A DNA stretch of 64,000 nt from Patescibacteria group bacterium (GCA_018818885.1 JAHIRB010000021.1:12461-76460); one strand, 5' to 3'. Numbered from the stretch's first letter, positions 18,303 through 27,632 are shown. The notes: generated by a model from the sequence alone, not told the origin. Made by a program: numbers and translations.

Positions 18303-19502
18303 ATGACTTTCACCAAAACAACTTTGCTACTTGTATTACTGTTTTTTGTATCCATTCTTTTTAGTTCTTTTTTTATTAATAACTTCTATGAAGATCGATA
18401 TGTTATTAATGAATTTGGAGATAGATATATCTATGCCCAACGCGGTATGTGGTATATAAACGAAAAAACACCTTATTCGGAGGTTTTTTCTGAATATCCC
18501 CAAATAGCAACATATTTTTTTGCTTTACCTTATATCATCCAAAAATTAACTAATGCAGAAACCGCCCCCCAGATCATGTATGCATATACCACTATTTTTT
18601 CTTTATTGATGATGGTTTTTGCGACTGCCTCTATATTTCTGATTTATAAATTAAGAGTAGATAAAAAATATCTTAGCTTGCTTATGCTGCTTCCTGCTTC
18701 TTTGTATTTTATTCATAATCGATATGATATCATTCCTGCGTTTTTATCACTCTTGAGTTTGTATTTATTACAAAAGAAAAAATTTTTTTGGGCGACCGCA
18801 ATATTAGCAATTGGCGTAATGACAAAATGGTACTTAGTAATTTTGCTCCCAATCTATTTGACATACTACTTTTGGCAAACAAAAAAAATAAATTGGAAAA
18901 TGATTATTGTTTTTACTCTAACTACTATCATAATCATTATGCCAACAATTTTAACTGCGGGCTTTGATGGATTTTTAGTGCCTTATATTTTCCACCTAAC
19001 TAGAAATTTTAATCTCGAAAGTACGTTTTTCATTTTATATTATGTTTTTGAACAAATTGGTAATATTTATATTGATAGTAATGCAATGTTAACTTTCTTT
19101 TTTTTGATGCAATTTTTTATTGCACCATTAGCGCTAACTAGTAAAATTAAAACATTCGAAAAAGTAATAAAATGGTCTTTACTTTCGATTTTATTTTTTG
19201 TCTTTTTTGCTAAGTTTTATTCTCCACAATGGATATTATGGTTTAGTCCTCTAGTGATTATTCTAATAAAAAATAAACGTGATGTTTTGTGGTTGATATT
19301 GTTTGATCTGACAACTTATATATATTTTCCGATTCTCTATTACACAATCACAGAAATTTCAATAATATATTTATTAACCATTATTTTTAGAACTTTCTTA
19401 TTTATCAAACTAATTCTACCCTTATTGCTGGAATTATTAAATGATAATTTAATATTAAGCTACTTTAAAAAGAAACTAATCCCAAAAACGGTTTCTAATT
19501 AG
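18303..19502 (+). CDS. polytopic membrane protein, putative GT-C-fold glycosyltransferase (DUF2029-like); paralog A of tandem pair
   Basis: Shares blocks with the next gene: YSEVFSEYPQIATYFFALPY, LLMLLPASLYF.HNRYDIIPAF, IGVMTKWYLVILLPIYLTYYFWQ, FYSPQWILWFSPL. Start moved to the internal ATG (~18303) because the track start overlaps a terminator-like hairpin. Confidence 0.55.
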   Translation: MTFTKTTLLLVLLFFVSILFSSFFINNFYEDRYVINEFGDRYIYAQRGMWYINEKTPYSEVFSEYPQIATYFFALPYIIQKLTNAETAPQIMYAYTTIFSLLMMVFATASIFLIYKLRVDKKYLSLLMLLPASLYFIHNRYDIIPAFLSLLSLYLLQKKKFFWATAILAIGVMTKWYLVILLPIYLTYYFWQTKKINWKMIIVFTLTTIIIIMPTILTAGFDGFLVPYIFHLTRNFNLESTFFILYYVFEQIGNIYIDSNAMLTFFFLMQFFIAPLALTSKIKTFEKVIKWSLLSILFFVFFAKFYSPQWILWFSPLVIILIKNKRDVLWLILFDLTTYIYFPILYYTITEISIIYLLTIIFRTFLFIKLILPLLLELLNDNLILSYFKKKLIPKTVSN

Positions 19503-19505
19503 TAT

Positions 19506-20813
19506 ATGAAAATTAAAACAACAATTTTTCTTTTACTGATGCTAATAGTTGCCACTTTTATTTTTCATACTTTCTTTTTAGACAACTTCAATACGTCTGT
19601 TAGATATATCAATGATTATTGGGTGGATTTCGACCATGATGGGCAAGCTCTACTTGTTCACCATGACAAGGGCGTTTATGCCCTTAGGGGAGTTTGGTTT
19701 CCTAGAAAGCTTAGACCATATACGGATGTCTTTTCTGAATATCCAGAAATTGCCACCTATTTTTTTGCTATCCCATATTTCTTTATAAATACAACTGATG
19801 ATGCAACTATTTTATTTGAATACTCATTGGTTTTTTCTCTGTTAATGATGATTTTTTTAGCATTTACGATATCGCTACTTTACAAAATGAAACCAGAAAA
19901 AAAGTATCTAGCCTTTCTAATGTTGCTACCTGCCTCCCTTTACTTCAGCTATAATAGATACGATATAATCATAGCTTTCATAATGTTATTAAGCTTATTT
20001 TATCTAAGAGAAAAAAAATTCGGATTGGCAACATTAATTTTAGCAATAGGAGTTATGACAAAATGGTTTTTAATTATACTTTTTCCTATTTATCTAACAT
20101 ATTACTATTGGCAAAAAGAAAAAAATCACACCACACCTAATGCCATAATTCACAGCATAAAATTAATGTTGTATAAAATAAATTGGAAAATGATAACCAT
20201 CTTTGTGTTAACGATATCATTTATTATATTACCCACACTTTATTTTTCTGGCCTTAAAGGCTTTTTAATACCTTACGATTTTCATATGTCACGGGGAGTT
20301 AATGACCAAAGCTTTCTTTTCCAAATAACTTTTTTGCTTGACATGCTTAGCGATCAATTTAAAACCATCGGTTCAATTATTCATAGTCTCAATATACGCA
20401 CCTTATTATATGGCGTGTTTTTTGTGATGCAATTTTTCATTTCATTACTTGTAATAACGAGTAGGATTGATAGTTTTGAAAAAGTTATAAAGTGGTCTCT
20501 GCTATCTATTTTATTTTTTGTTTTGTTTGCCAAATTTTATTCTCCGCAATGGATATTATGGTTTAGTCCCTTGTTGATATATTTAGCCAAAAATAAAAAA
20601 GATGTATTCTTAATTGTTATTTTAGATTTGATTACTTATCTTTACTTTCCTGTTGTTTATGATATATACAAACATTCAATCGAATTAGTATTAATTTGTT
20701 CACTCATATCAATCATTCTAATAATTTTAATCTTTAGAACTTTTCCCCAGCTCATTAAAGATAACCACTTGCTATTCCCTAAAAACAAAAAACAGCCGTC
20801 ATCATTTTATTAA
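19506..20813 (+). CDS. polytopic membrane protein, putative GT-C-fold glycosyltransferase; paralog B of tandem pair
   Basis: Same conserved blocks as 18303-19502 with ~40% identity by eye; 3 nt intergenic gap. Confidence 0.55.
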   Translation: MKIKTTIFLLLMLIVATFIFHTFFLDNFNTSVRYINDYWVDFDHDGQALLVHHDKGVYALRGVWFPRKLRPYTDVFSEYPEIATYFFAIPYFFINTTDDATILFEYSLVFSLLMMIFLAFTISLLYKMKPEKKYLAFLMLLPASLYFSYNRYDIIIAFIMLLSLFYLREKKFGLATLILAIGVMTKWFLIILFPIYLTYYYWQKEKNHTTPNAIIHSIKLMLYKINWKMITIFVLTISFIILPTLYFSGLKGFLIPYDFHMSRGVNDQSFLFQITFLLDMLSDQFKTIGSIIHSLNIRTLLYGVFFVMQFFISLLVITSRIDSFEKVIKWSLLSILFFVLFAKFYSPQWILWFSPLLIYLAKNKKDVFLIVILDLITYLYFPVVYDIYKHSIELVLICSLISIILIILIFRTFPQLIKDNHLLFPKNKKQPSSFY

Positions 20814-20874
20814 TTTGACCGCTTTAAAGACTTAATTAAAGACAATAGATACTATTTAGAAAACAAGTCTTAAA

Positions 20875-21822
20875 CTAAACTTGTAATCCTGATAAATTAT
20901 TCTCTTTATGTTTATTTAAATTTTCCACAAATTTTTTATCAATAGTAGACAACGCCTTTACATCTTCATCAAGCAAAACTTTCGGATCTACGTACCGAAA
21001 TTTTTTTATAATTTTTTTTCCTAGCAGTTGATTAACTTCTTTAAGATGTGCGTTTTCTAAAATGTCAATCAAATCTTTCCTATTACTTTTATATAATTTA
21101 TTCATTACAAATTGATCGTCAACAAACAAATCGTCTTTAACGATTATTTGATCATCTAACGCCATCTTTAAAACTTTTGCCATTTTCAAATGACGCGAAG
21201 AAGCGTCTAGGCCTCCCCAATGTTCTGTCTGTAATCTTAAAAAAGTATCAGCAAAAACTTTCGCCAAATCAAACCTTTTAAACACAATTTCGTTATCTAT
21301 AACTGCGAGATTGTTTAAAATATCTTGAGACAAGCCTGGATTAGCCCAAATTTCAAATTCCCGCAAAGCATAATCAATATTATCAGCACTTGCGTTGGGA
21401 ATATTGCTTTTGATTATTGAAAAGCTATCAACATCGACTATCTCTTTTTGATCGTAGTTGTAATTCTTTATGATATTTTTGGTATCAGAGTTTTCAAAGT
21501 ATTCATCTACGATAGTGTCGTGAAAATCTTCATTTTCCTCATGTCCAAGCGCATAATCAACACAATGAGAAAACGCGGTATGAGAGATATCATGCAGTAA
21601 ACCAGCAATTTGAGTTTTTAAATCTGCCCCTAGTTTTTTTAAAAGTAACATTACGCCCACAGAATGCTCAAAACGACTAAATCCTGGGTATGGATAATTT
21701 TCATTATGCCAACCATATTGTGCTACACCCTTTAATCGTTGCATTGATTTACTTTCAATCAAATCTATTAATACTTGGTCGCTAACTTCACACTTGCCGT
21801 ATATTGGATCTTGAATAAGCAT
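20875..21822 (-). CDS. HD-domain metal-dependent phosphohydrolase
   Basis: H...HD motif in ...FEHSVGVMLLLKKLGADLKTQIAGLLHDISHTAFSH...; 315 aa. Confidence 0.8.
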   Translation of the reverse strand: MLIQDPIYGKCEVSDQVLIDLIESKSMQRLKGVAQYGWHNENYPYPGFSRFEHSVGVMLLLKKLGADLKTQIAGLLHDISHTAFSHCVDYALGHEENEDFHDTIVDEYFENSDTKNIIKNYNYDQKEIVDVDSFSIIKSNIPNASADNIDYALREFEIWANPGLSQDILNNLAVIDNEIVFKRFDLAKVFADTFLRLQTEHWGGLDASSRHLKMAKVLKMALDDQIIVKDDLFVDDQFVMNKLYKSNRKDLIDILENAHLKEVNQLLGKKIIKKFRYVDPKVLLDEDVKALSTIDKKFVENLNKHKENNLSGLQV

Positions 21823-22921
21823 TTTTTAATTCTTTAATATTTTTAATTATAATATCAAAACCATACGCAGAAAATATTATTAATACAGGCATTAGAATTA
21901 CATCGCGTGTAGGGCTATAACCTAAATGTGCATCAACAAAAGAAGGGATAGCTGCACCTAACACAAACCATAAAATCAAAAACTTATAACTTGATTTTAG
22001 CTTGTCACTTAACATAGAAAATATTGCGATCAGTATAAAAAATACATCCCAAAAATAAACTAAACCGTAAAAATAATTTCCTCCTCGTGTCAGTAAAGTC
22101 AAAATATTAAAGTGTAATAAGTAATTGAGACTGTAATTTATTGGTATCATCATACCTTCATAAATATTCAAAACTGAAACACCACTAAAACGAGTGTGCG
22201 AAAGTGAGGGTAAATCAAAAAATAAAAACTTATCAAATCCCAAAATATTAAATTGATTCTTTAAATAAAAAAGTACTATCGGTAAACTAAAGAGAAACAT
22301 AACAGCAATACCTGCGCTAAAAAATCTTTTATTAATCTGCTTGTGATAAATAAAACAAATGATCGCAATTAATAATGGTACAAACATAAAACTTACTGCG
22401 TAAGTATAAAAAGAAAGTGCTAATAGCAAAAAACTAATGATGTAATAAACTACTTTTTTATTATTAATACCTAATAGAATAAATAATATGGCTGCAGTAT
22501 AAATTAAAGGTAATAGATATGCATTAAAGCCGATAACAGACGTTCTGATACTCCAGGGGTTAATAAGTGCAAATGCTGCTGCTATAACTGCCACCTCTTG
22601 ATTAAATAATAATTTAACAAAATGAAATAAAACAAACACAAATAGAAGGTTTGCCAGCAAAATAAGTACTCTAAAAATAACGATTGGATGCAAATTAGAG
22701 AATATTTTGATAAATGGTAATGCTAAATAAGCTAAAGTAGTATTTTCTCCCCAGCCAAAACCATAAAAATGTACTGGGACATTTTGCAACGTTATTGACT
22801 TGACCCCTTGGACGAGTTGATACTCATCAACTTCAAAATCTATACTAATAATAAAATAAATTCTGACTAATATTCCCAAAACTAAAATTAATACTAGAAA
22901 CAATTTTAATCTTTTTGACAT
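21788..22921 (-). CDS. polytopic membrane protein, putative GT-C glycosyltransferase (ArnT/PMT-like)
   Basis: ~11 TM helices. The track ORF starts with TTG at 22969; the first ATG (MSKRLKLF...) at ~22921 is preferred. Confidence 0.5.
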   Translation of the reverse strand: MSKRLKLFLVLILVLGILVRIYFIISIDFEVDEYQLVQGVKSITLQNVPVHFYGFGWGENTTLAYLALPFIKIFSNLHPIVIFRVLILLANLLFVFVLFHFVKLLFNQEVAVIAAAFALINPWSIRTSVIGFNAYLLPLIYTAAILFILLGINNKKVVYYIISFLLLALSFYTYAVSFMFVPLLIAIICFIYHKQINKRFFSAGIAVMFLFSLPIVLFYLKNQFNILGFDKFLFFDLPSLSHTRFSGVSVLNIYEGMMIPINYSLNYLLHFNILTLLTRGGNYFYGLVYFWDVFFILIAIFSMLSDKLKSSYKFLILWFVLGAAIPSFVDAHLGYSPTRDVILMPVLIIFSAYGFDIIIKNIKELKNAYSRSNIRQV

Positions 22922-23163
22922 AAATTTAAATAATTTTGATAAAGCAAAAATAACAAATATTCTGTACAAAACGAAAAGGGGCGAGATTCCTCGTCAAAGG
23001 CGAGTGTGCCTCCCGTTCAGGGTCTGAGACCCTTCAGAGTCGAATGACTGGCACAGAGCCCACATTTAATTATCCACATTAGATTTTTTATCAATCCCGT
23101 ATAAAACGGAAGAGGCGAGATTCGAACTCTCGCGAGGGTATTACTACCCCACGGCTTTTCGAG

Positions 23164-23448
23164 ACCCCGTAGAAGAGCGGTGGGGGTGGGATTTGAACCC
23201 ACGGTCCACTTTCGTGAACAACGGTTTTCGAAACCGTCCCATTAAGCCGCTCTGGCACCCCACCGCTCTTCTACGGGGCATGGCCGCGCTCTTGCCCTGT
23301 AAAATCCAAAAGATTTTTACGGGGTTAAACCACTCAGCCACCCTTCCGTTTTCTACGGGACAAGCCAGCACATTAGACCACTCTGCTTGCCCGCCGAAGC
23401 TTGGAGAGCGCAGGCGGGCCAACCCTCCGCTCTTCTGCGAAAACGTAC
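23164..23448. repeat. 16-nt GC-rich motif ccgctcttctacgggg in three direct copies (~23262, ~23344, ~23436; spacing 82-92 nt) plus one inverted copy (~23164) bracketing tRNA-Ser
   Basis: Direct reading of the sequence. The inverted pair can extend the tRNA acceptor stem by ~14 bp. Confidence 0.6.
23178..23264 (-). tRNA. tRNA-Ser (anticodon CGA), type II with long variable arm
   Basis: Manual fold of the minus strand: acceptor GGTGGGG/CCCCACC, D-arm CCA-GAGCGGCTTAA-TGG, anticodon stem ACGGT/ACCGT with loop TTCGAAA (anticodon CGA, U33, A37), variable hairpin GTTCAC-GAAA-GTGGAC, T-arm GTGGG-TTCAAAT-CCCAC, discriminator G. Coordinates +/-1. Confidence 0.75.
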
Positions 23449-23533
23449 AGATATCCTCCTTTAAAACATTTATATCTTATCACCTAAATTGACTAATTAA
23501 AAGTTTATAAATTTAAATATTTGTGGTATAATT

Positions 23534-24370
23534 TTGTATATGAAAAAAATAAAAAAAGTAGTAATTCCAGCTGCAGGACTCGGCACTAGATTCTTACCCG
23601 CTGCTAAAGCACAACCTAAGGAAATGTTAACTATTGTTGATAAACCCTTAATTCAATATATTGTAGAAGAGGCGGTTGCTGCAGGTATCGAAGATGTAAT
23701 CATTGTCACAGGCCAAAGCAAGCGTGCAATTGAAGATCATTTTGATAGAAATATTGAATTAGAAAATACCTTAAAACGAAATGGCAAAGCAAAACTTGCA
23801 AACGAAATGAAAAAAATTGCAGAAATGGCAAACTTTATTTACATTCGTCAAAAAGGTCCTTATGGCAATGGCACACCTATTCTTAATGCTAAACATTTGA
23901 TTGGTGACGAACCATTTGCGGTTTTGTGGGGTGATGATCTATTTTTAGGTAAAGAACCGCGACTCAAACAACTCATTAAAGTTTTTAATAAATATGGGGA
24001 CCCAGTAATTAATGCCGTTAATATTGATAACGAAGGAACAAAAAAGTATGGAGTTATTGATGGACTTCAAGTAGAAAAAAATGTTTTTCAACTAAAAACA
24101 ATTATTGAAAAACCAGGGCCTAAAAAAGCACCATCACGAATTGGTGCTGTTGGTGGCTTTGTTTTAACTCCTGATATATTCGAGATTCTAGAAAAAACAC
24201 CTTTAGGAAAAGGCGGCGAGCTGTGGCTAGTTGATGCAATATTTAGATTAATGAAGAAACGACCAGTCTATGCATGCAGAGTTGATGCGGAATATTATGA
24301 TATTGGTTCACCACTAGGTTGGCTAAAAGCTAATATGGCAGTAGCAAAAAAACAAAAAATGAAAATATAA
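23534..24370 (+). CDS. galU: UTP--glucose-1-phosphate uridylyltransferase
   Basis: KKVVIPAAGLGTRFLPAAKAQPKEMLTIVDKPLIQYIVEEA... is a canonical GalU N-terminus; 278 aa. Confidence 0.9.
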   Translation: MYMKKIKKVVIPAAGLGTRFLPAAKAQPKEMLTIVDKPLIQYIVEEAVAAGIEDVIIVTGQSKRAIEDHFDRNIELENTLKRNGKAKLANEMKKIAEMANFIYIRQKGPYGNGTPILNAKHLIGDEPFAVLWGDDLFLGKEPRLKQLIKVFNKYGDPVINAVNIDNEGTKKYGVIDGLQVEKNVFQLKTIIEKPGPKKAPSRIGAVGGFVLTPDIFEILEKTPLGKGGELWLVDAIFRLMKKRPVYACRVDAEYYDIGSPLGWLKANMAVAKKQKMKI

Positions 24371-24371
24371 T

Positions 24372-25751
24372 ATGAAAAAACAATATCAAAAAATATCAAT
24401 TCTATCTCTGCTGGCAGTTTTTGTTTTAGTCTCTGGTTTTAGTTGCCGTTGCATGTCCAAAGAAGAAAAACAAGCACTACAACCCATTGTTTTAAATTAC
24501 TGGCGTGCGTGGGACGATACTTCTGATTTTCAAGAAATTATAAATGCTTATCAAACACTCCATCCAAATATCACTATCAACTATAGAAAATTGAGATATC
24601 AAGAATACGAAAATGAATTATTGAATGCCTGGGCAGAAGATAGAGGCCCTGACATTTTTTCCATTCGTAATACCTGGGTTAGGGATTACCAAAATAAAAT
24701 CCTGCCATTGCCACCAGAAATTACCATGGCATATCAGTTCACACAAAAAGCACTTGGTATAAAACAAGAAACCATCATTGAAGTAAGAAAAGAAAAGAGT
24801 TTAACACCAACAGATCTAGCAAATAACTTTTTAGATGTAGTAAACCGTGATGCTGTTGTCGACGGAAAAATATGGGGACTACCTTTAAGCGTGGATACAT
24901 TAGTAATGTATTACAATAGAGATTTATTAAATAATGCAGGAATTGCTCTACCACCAACAGAATGGCGACAGTTTCAAAGTGATATTAAAAAAATCACCTT
25001 GCTAAATCGTGATAATACTATTATTCAAGCCGGCGCTGCTTTAGGCACAGGACGAAATGTACTACACGCATCAGATATAATTTCTCTTTTAATGATGCAA
25101 AACGGGGCGCAAATGGTAGATCCAAGTGGTCGAGTTACTTTTCAAAACATTCCCGAAAGTCAAAAGGGTAGTAATTACAACCCAGGTATTGAAGCAGTAA
25201 AATTTTACACTGATTTTGCACTGCCATCGCGAGAAGTTTATTCCTGGAACTCAACAATGCCAGATTCTCGAAAAGCCTTTGCTCAAGGCTTGGTTGGGTT
25301 CTACTTTGGCTATTCTTCTGACATGGAATACATCGAGGCAAACAGTAAAGGGAAAATTCATTACAACTTAACTAAAATACCACAGATAGAAGGTAACCCA
25401 GAAATTAATTTTGCTAACTATTGGTTAGAAGTGGTTTCTAAAAAAAGTGGCCACCTGAACGAAGCCTGGGATTTTATTCAATTTGCCACGCAAGCGCAGC
25501 AAGCAAAAAAATATCTTGTAGCAACAAAACAGCCAACTGCTCTAAGATCATTAGTCGACGAACAAAAAAATAGTGAGGACATGAATGTTTTTGGATCACA
25601 ACTTTTAACTACGCGAACATGGTATAGAGGCAAAAATGCTAAAAGCGCAGATAATATTTTAATCGAAATGATTGATTCAATTCTGCAGGGCGCAGATCCA
25701 GTAAAGGCAGTTCCCCTGGCTGCAGAAAAAGTTCAACAGACAATCCGGTAA
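24372..25751 (+). CDS. extracellular solute-binding protein (ABC-type sugar-binding family 1-like), lipoprotein-type signal
   Basis: Signal/lipobox (LVSGFSC), 459 aa, typical SBP length and composition. Starts 1 nt after the galU stop. Confidence 0.65.
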   Translation: MKKQYQKISILSLLAVFVLVSGFSCRCMSKEEKQALQPIVLNYWRAWDDTSDFQEIINAYQTLHPNITINYRKLRYQEYENELLNAWAEDRGPDIFSIRNTWVRDYQNKILPLPPEITMAYQFTQKALGIKQETIIEVRKEKSLTPTDLANNFLDVVNRDAVVDGKIWGLPLSVDTLVMYYNRDLLNNAGIALPPTEWRQFQSDIKKITLLNRDNTIIQAGAALGTGRNVLHASDIISLLMMQNGAQMVDPSGRVTFQNIPESQKGSNYNPGIEAVKFYTDFALPSREVYSWNSTMPDSRKAFAQGLVGFYFGYSSDMEYIEANSKGKIHYNLTKIPQIEGNPEINFANYWLEVVSKKSGHLNEAWDFIQFATQAQQAKKYLVATKQPTALRSLVDEQKNSEDMNVFGSQLLTTRTWYRGKNAKSADNILIEMIDSILQGADPVKAVPLAAEKVQQTIR

Positions 25752-25872
25752 AGTACAAATTACGAATCAATACAAATATACGAATTGGAATAAAGATATA
25801 AAAATATTGAATATAAAAATAAATTCGTGATTTGTATATTCGTATAAAATTTGTAATTAGTAACTTGAACAT

Positions 25873-26541
25873 ATGTTTACAAAAAATATAAAAATTCTAC
25901 TAGCATTATCTGTAATTTTATTATTGACTTTTGCGCTTGGTATCAAAACTGCAGATGCTGGGTGTTGTTTTTGCGAAGATGAAGTACCTGAATCTGCAGA
26001 TCAAGAAAGTGATTGCCGTGATGAATGTGTTTTTGAAAATGACGACAGTGTTTGTAGTCAAGTATCAACTTGCCAGAATAATCCGACAGCTCCTGGGTGC
26101 ACATCCAAAAATTGGGTAGAACAAATTGTTGGTGGACCGTTGATACCTTATGGCTGTACTACTTCATGTATAGAATGGGGGTCTGACGACAAATGTACAA
26201 ATCCCAAAGGTGCTGGGGAATGTGGATTTAATGATGTTGTAAAAATGATTGCCAACTTTTCTAAATTGCTCTTAGGCGTGGTTGGTAGCTTGGCTCTTCT
26301 AATGTTTATCTACGGTGGTTTAATGTTTGTTATTGCAGAAGGTAAAGAGGAAAGAATTCAAAAAGCAAAAGATGTCTTAAAGAATGCAGCTATTGGTTTA
26401 CTTATTGTGTTTACTGCTTGGATAATTGTTAATGTGGTCATTGCGGCGTTGACTGGACAATCCATTGGAGAACCCGCTGATCTATTCAAACAAGGCACTA
26501 CTGGACAAGGTACGCCCTGGAACCAACCTTCAGCAAATTAA
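25873..26541 (+). CDS. pilin-like paralog 1: signal peptide, 14-Cys extracellular domain, C-terminal VirB2/TrbC-like two-helix module
   Basis: C-terminal LLLGVVGSLALLMFIYGGLMFVIAEGKEERIQKAKDVLKNAAIGLLIVFTAWIIVNVV aligns with the core of the nine following genes. N-terminal 120 aa hold 14 Cys (GCCFCEDE...CRDECVFENDDSVCSQVSTCQNNPTAPGCTSKNW...CTTSCIEWGSDDKCTNPKGAGECGF). Confidence 0.6.
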   Translation: MFTKNIKILLALSVILLLTFALGIKTADAGCCFCEDEVPESADQESDCRDECVFENDDSVCSQVSTCQNNPTAPGCTSKNWVEQIVGGPLIPYGCTTSCIEWGSDDKCTNPKGAGECGFNDVVKMIANFSKLLLGVVGSLALLMFIYGGLMFVIAEGKEERIQKAKDVLKNAAIGLLIVFTAWIIVNVVIAALTGQSIGEPADLFKQGTTGQGTPWNQPSAN

Positions 26542-26661
26542 TATAATCCTACATATCCACACCACCTGTTGACAAATTAGGGATAAAGTTGTTATAATAT
26601 ACACAGTTTAATATTACTATTTAGTATAAGTTGGAGGAACTTAATAATTTTATACAAAAAC

Positions 26662-27018
26662 ATGCGAAAACTAACATTTTTCCTAACAGTATTAGCTGTT
26701 TTCACTTTAACAGCTGTACCAGTATTAGCACTTGATTGGGGCTCTGGCTATCTTTCTGCAACCGGTTTAGGAACCAAAGAACTACGAGAATCAGTAATGA
26801 GCATTGTTAATGTCGCCTTAGGATTTTTAGGCATATTGGCAATTTTAATCATCCTATGGGGTGGCTTTGTTTGGCTAACAGCTGGCGGGGATGAAAGTAA
26901 AGTAGAAAGTGCAAAAAAAATCATTACTGGTGGAGTAGTTGGGCTGGTTATTATCCTTTCCGCACTGGCAATTACCAACTTCGTAGTTGCACAAATATTG
27001 AATGCTACTGGTGCATAA
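26662..27018 (+). CDS. pilin-like paralog 2 (118 aa, minimal core form)
   Basis: Signal peptide. Core ...IVNVALGFLGILAILIILWGGFVWLTAGGDESKVESAKKIITGGVVGLVIILSALAITNFVV... ~85% identical to paralog 3. Own SD (GGAGG). Confidence 0.65.
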   Translation: MRKLTFFLTVLAVFTLTAVPVLALDWGSGYLSATGLGTKELRESVMSIVNVALGFLGILAILIILWGGFVWLTAGGDESKVESAKKIITGGVVGLVIILSALAITNFVVAQILNATGA

Positions 27019-27158
27019 ACAGTTTAATATTTAAACTTAACCCTAATATTTCCTCAAATAAAATATTAAGAATTAATTGTTTAGCTCTTTAAATAATTAA
27101 TGACGATTTATTATTAATAAAGAGTTAAGCGAGGAAAAAGGAAGGGGGTGAAAAAGAA

Positions 27159-27515
27159 ATGAAAAAACTTACTATATTTGCTACAACTGTAGCAGTATTT
27201 ACCCTAACAGTTATGCCAGTATTGGCATTAGATCTAGGAACTGGTTACTTATCAGCAACCGGTTTAGGAACCAAAGAACTTAGAGAATCAGTAATGAGTA
27301 TTGTTAATGTCGCCTTAGGATTCTTAGGTATATTGGCAATTTTAATCATCCTATGGGGTGGTTTTAGATGGTTGACTGCTGGAGGATCAGAAGATAAAGT
27401 TGGCGAAGCAAAAAAGATTATTGTTGCTGGAATTATTGGCTTAGTCATTATTCTATCAGCATTAGCAATTACTACATTTGTTGTATCGAACATACTAACT
27501 GCAACAGGAGCATAA
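27159..27515 (+). CDS. pilin-like paralog 3 (118 aa, minimal core form)
   Basis: Near-duplicate of paralog 2; strong SD (GGAAGGGGGTG); terminator immediately downstream. Confidence 0.65.
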   Translation: MKKLTIFATTVAVFTLTVMPVLALDLGTGYLSATGLGTKELRESVMSIVNVALGFLGILAILIILWGGFRWLTAGGSEDKVGEAKKIIVAGIIGLVIILSALAITTFVVSNILTATGA

Positions 27516-27540
27516 CACTAACCTTAACTATAATTTTGTT

Positions 27541-27570
27541 AAAGACCCGGAGAAATCCGGGTCTTTACTT
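27541..27570 (+). terminator. rho-independent terminator after paralog 3
   Basis: agacccgg-agaaat-ccgggtct followed by a T-rich tract. Confidence 0.6.
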
Positions 27571-27632
27571 ATTGATTATAATAGTGTATAAATCCCCTTA
27601 TTTTTTCATAGATTTTGTAGTATAATAAAGAT

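Noticed and set aside
23164-23448. CRISPR array
   Set aside because: The repeats are only ~16 nt and imperfect, one copy is inverted, the spacers are structured GC-rich tRNA-sized segments, and no cas genes are nearby.
22975-23460. Interpretation of the GC island as tmRNA, RNase P RNA or 5S rRNA
   Set aside because: I looked for the tmRNA GGAUUCGAC 5' motif and tag reading frame, the RNase P P4 sequences (GGAAAGUCCGG / ACAGAANCCGGCUUA) and the 5S GAAGUGAAAC/GGUAGUGUGGGG blocks on both strands and found none. Only one canonical tRNA could be folded.
23017-23492. Three overlapping ORFs (61, 92, 99 aa) in the GC island
   Set aside because: They overlap a well-folded tRNA-Ser and the repeat and hairpin structures. 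Their translations are Arg/Pro/Gly-rich with TTG starts, as expected from GC-rich non-coding RNA sequence.
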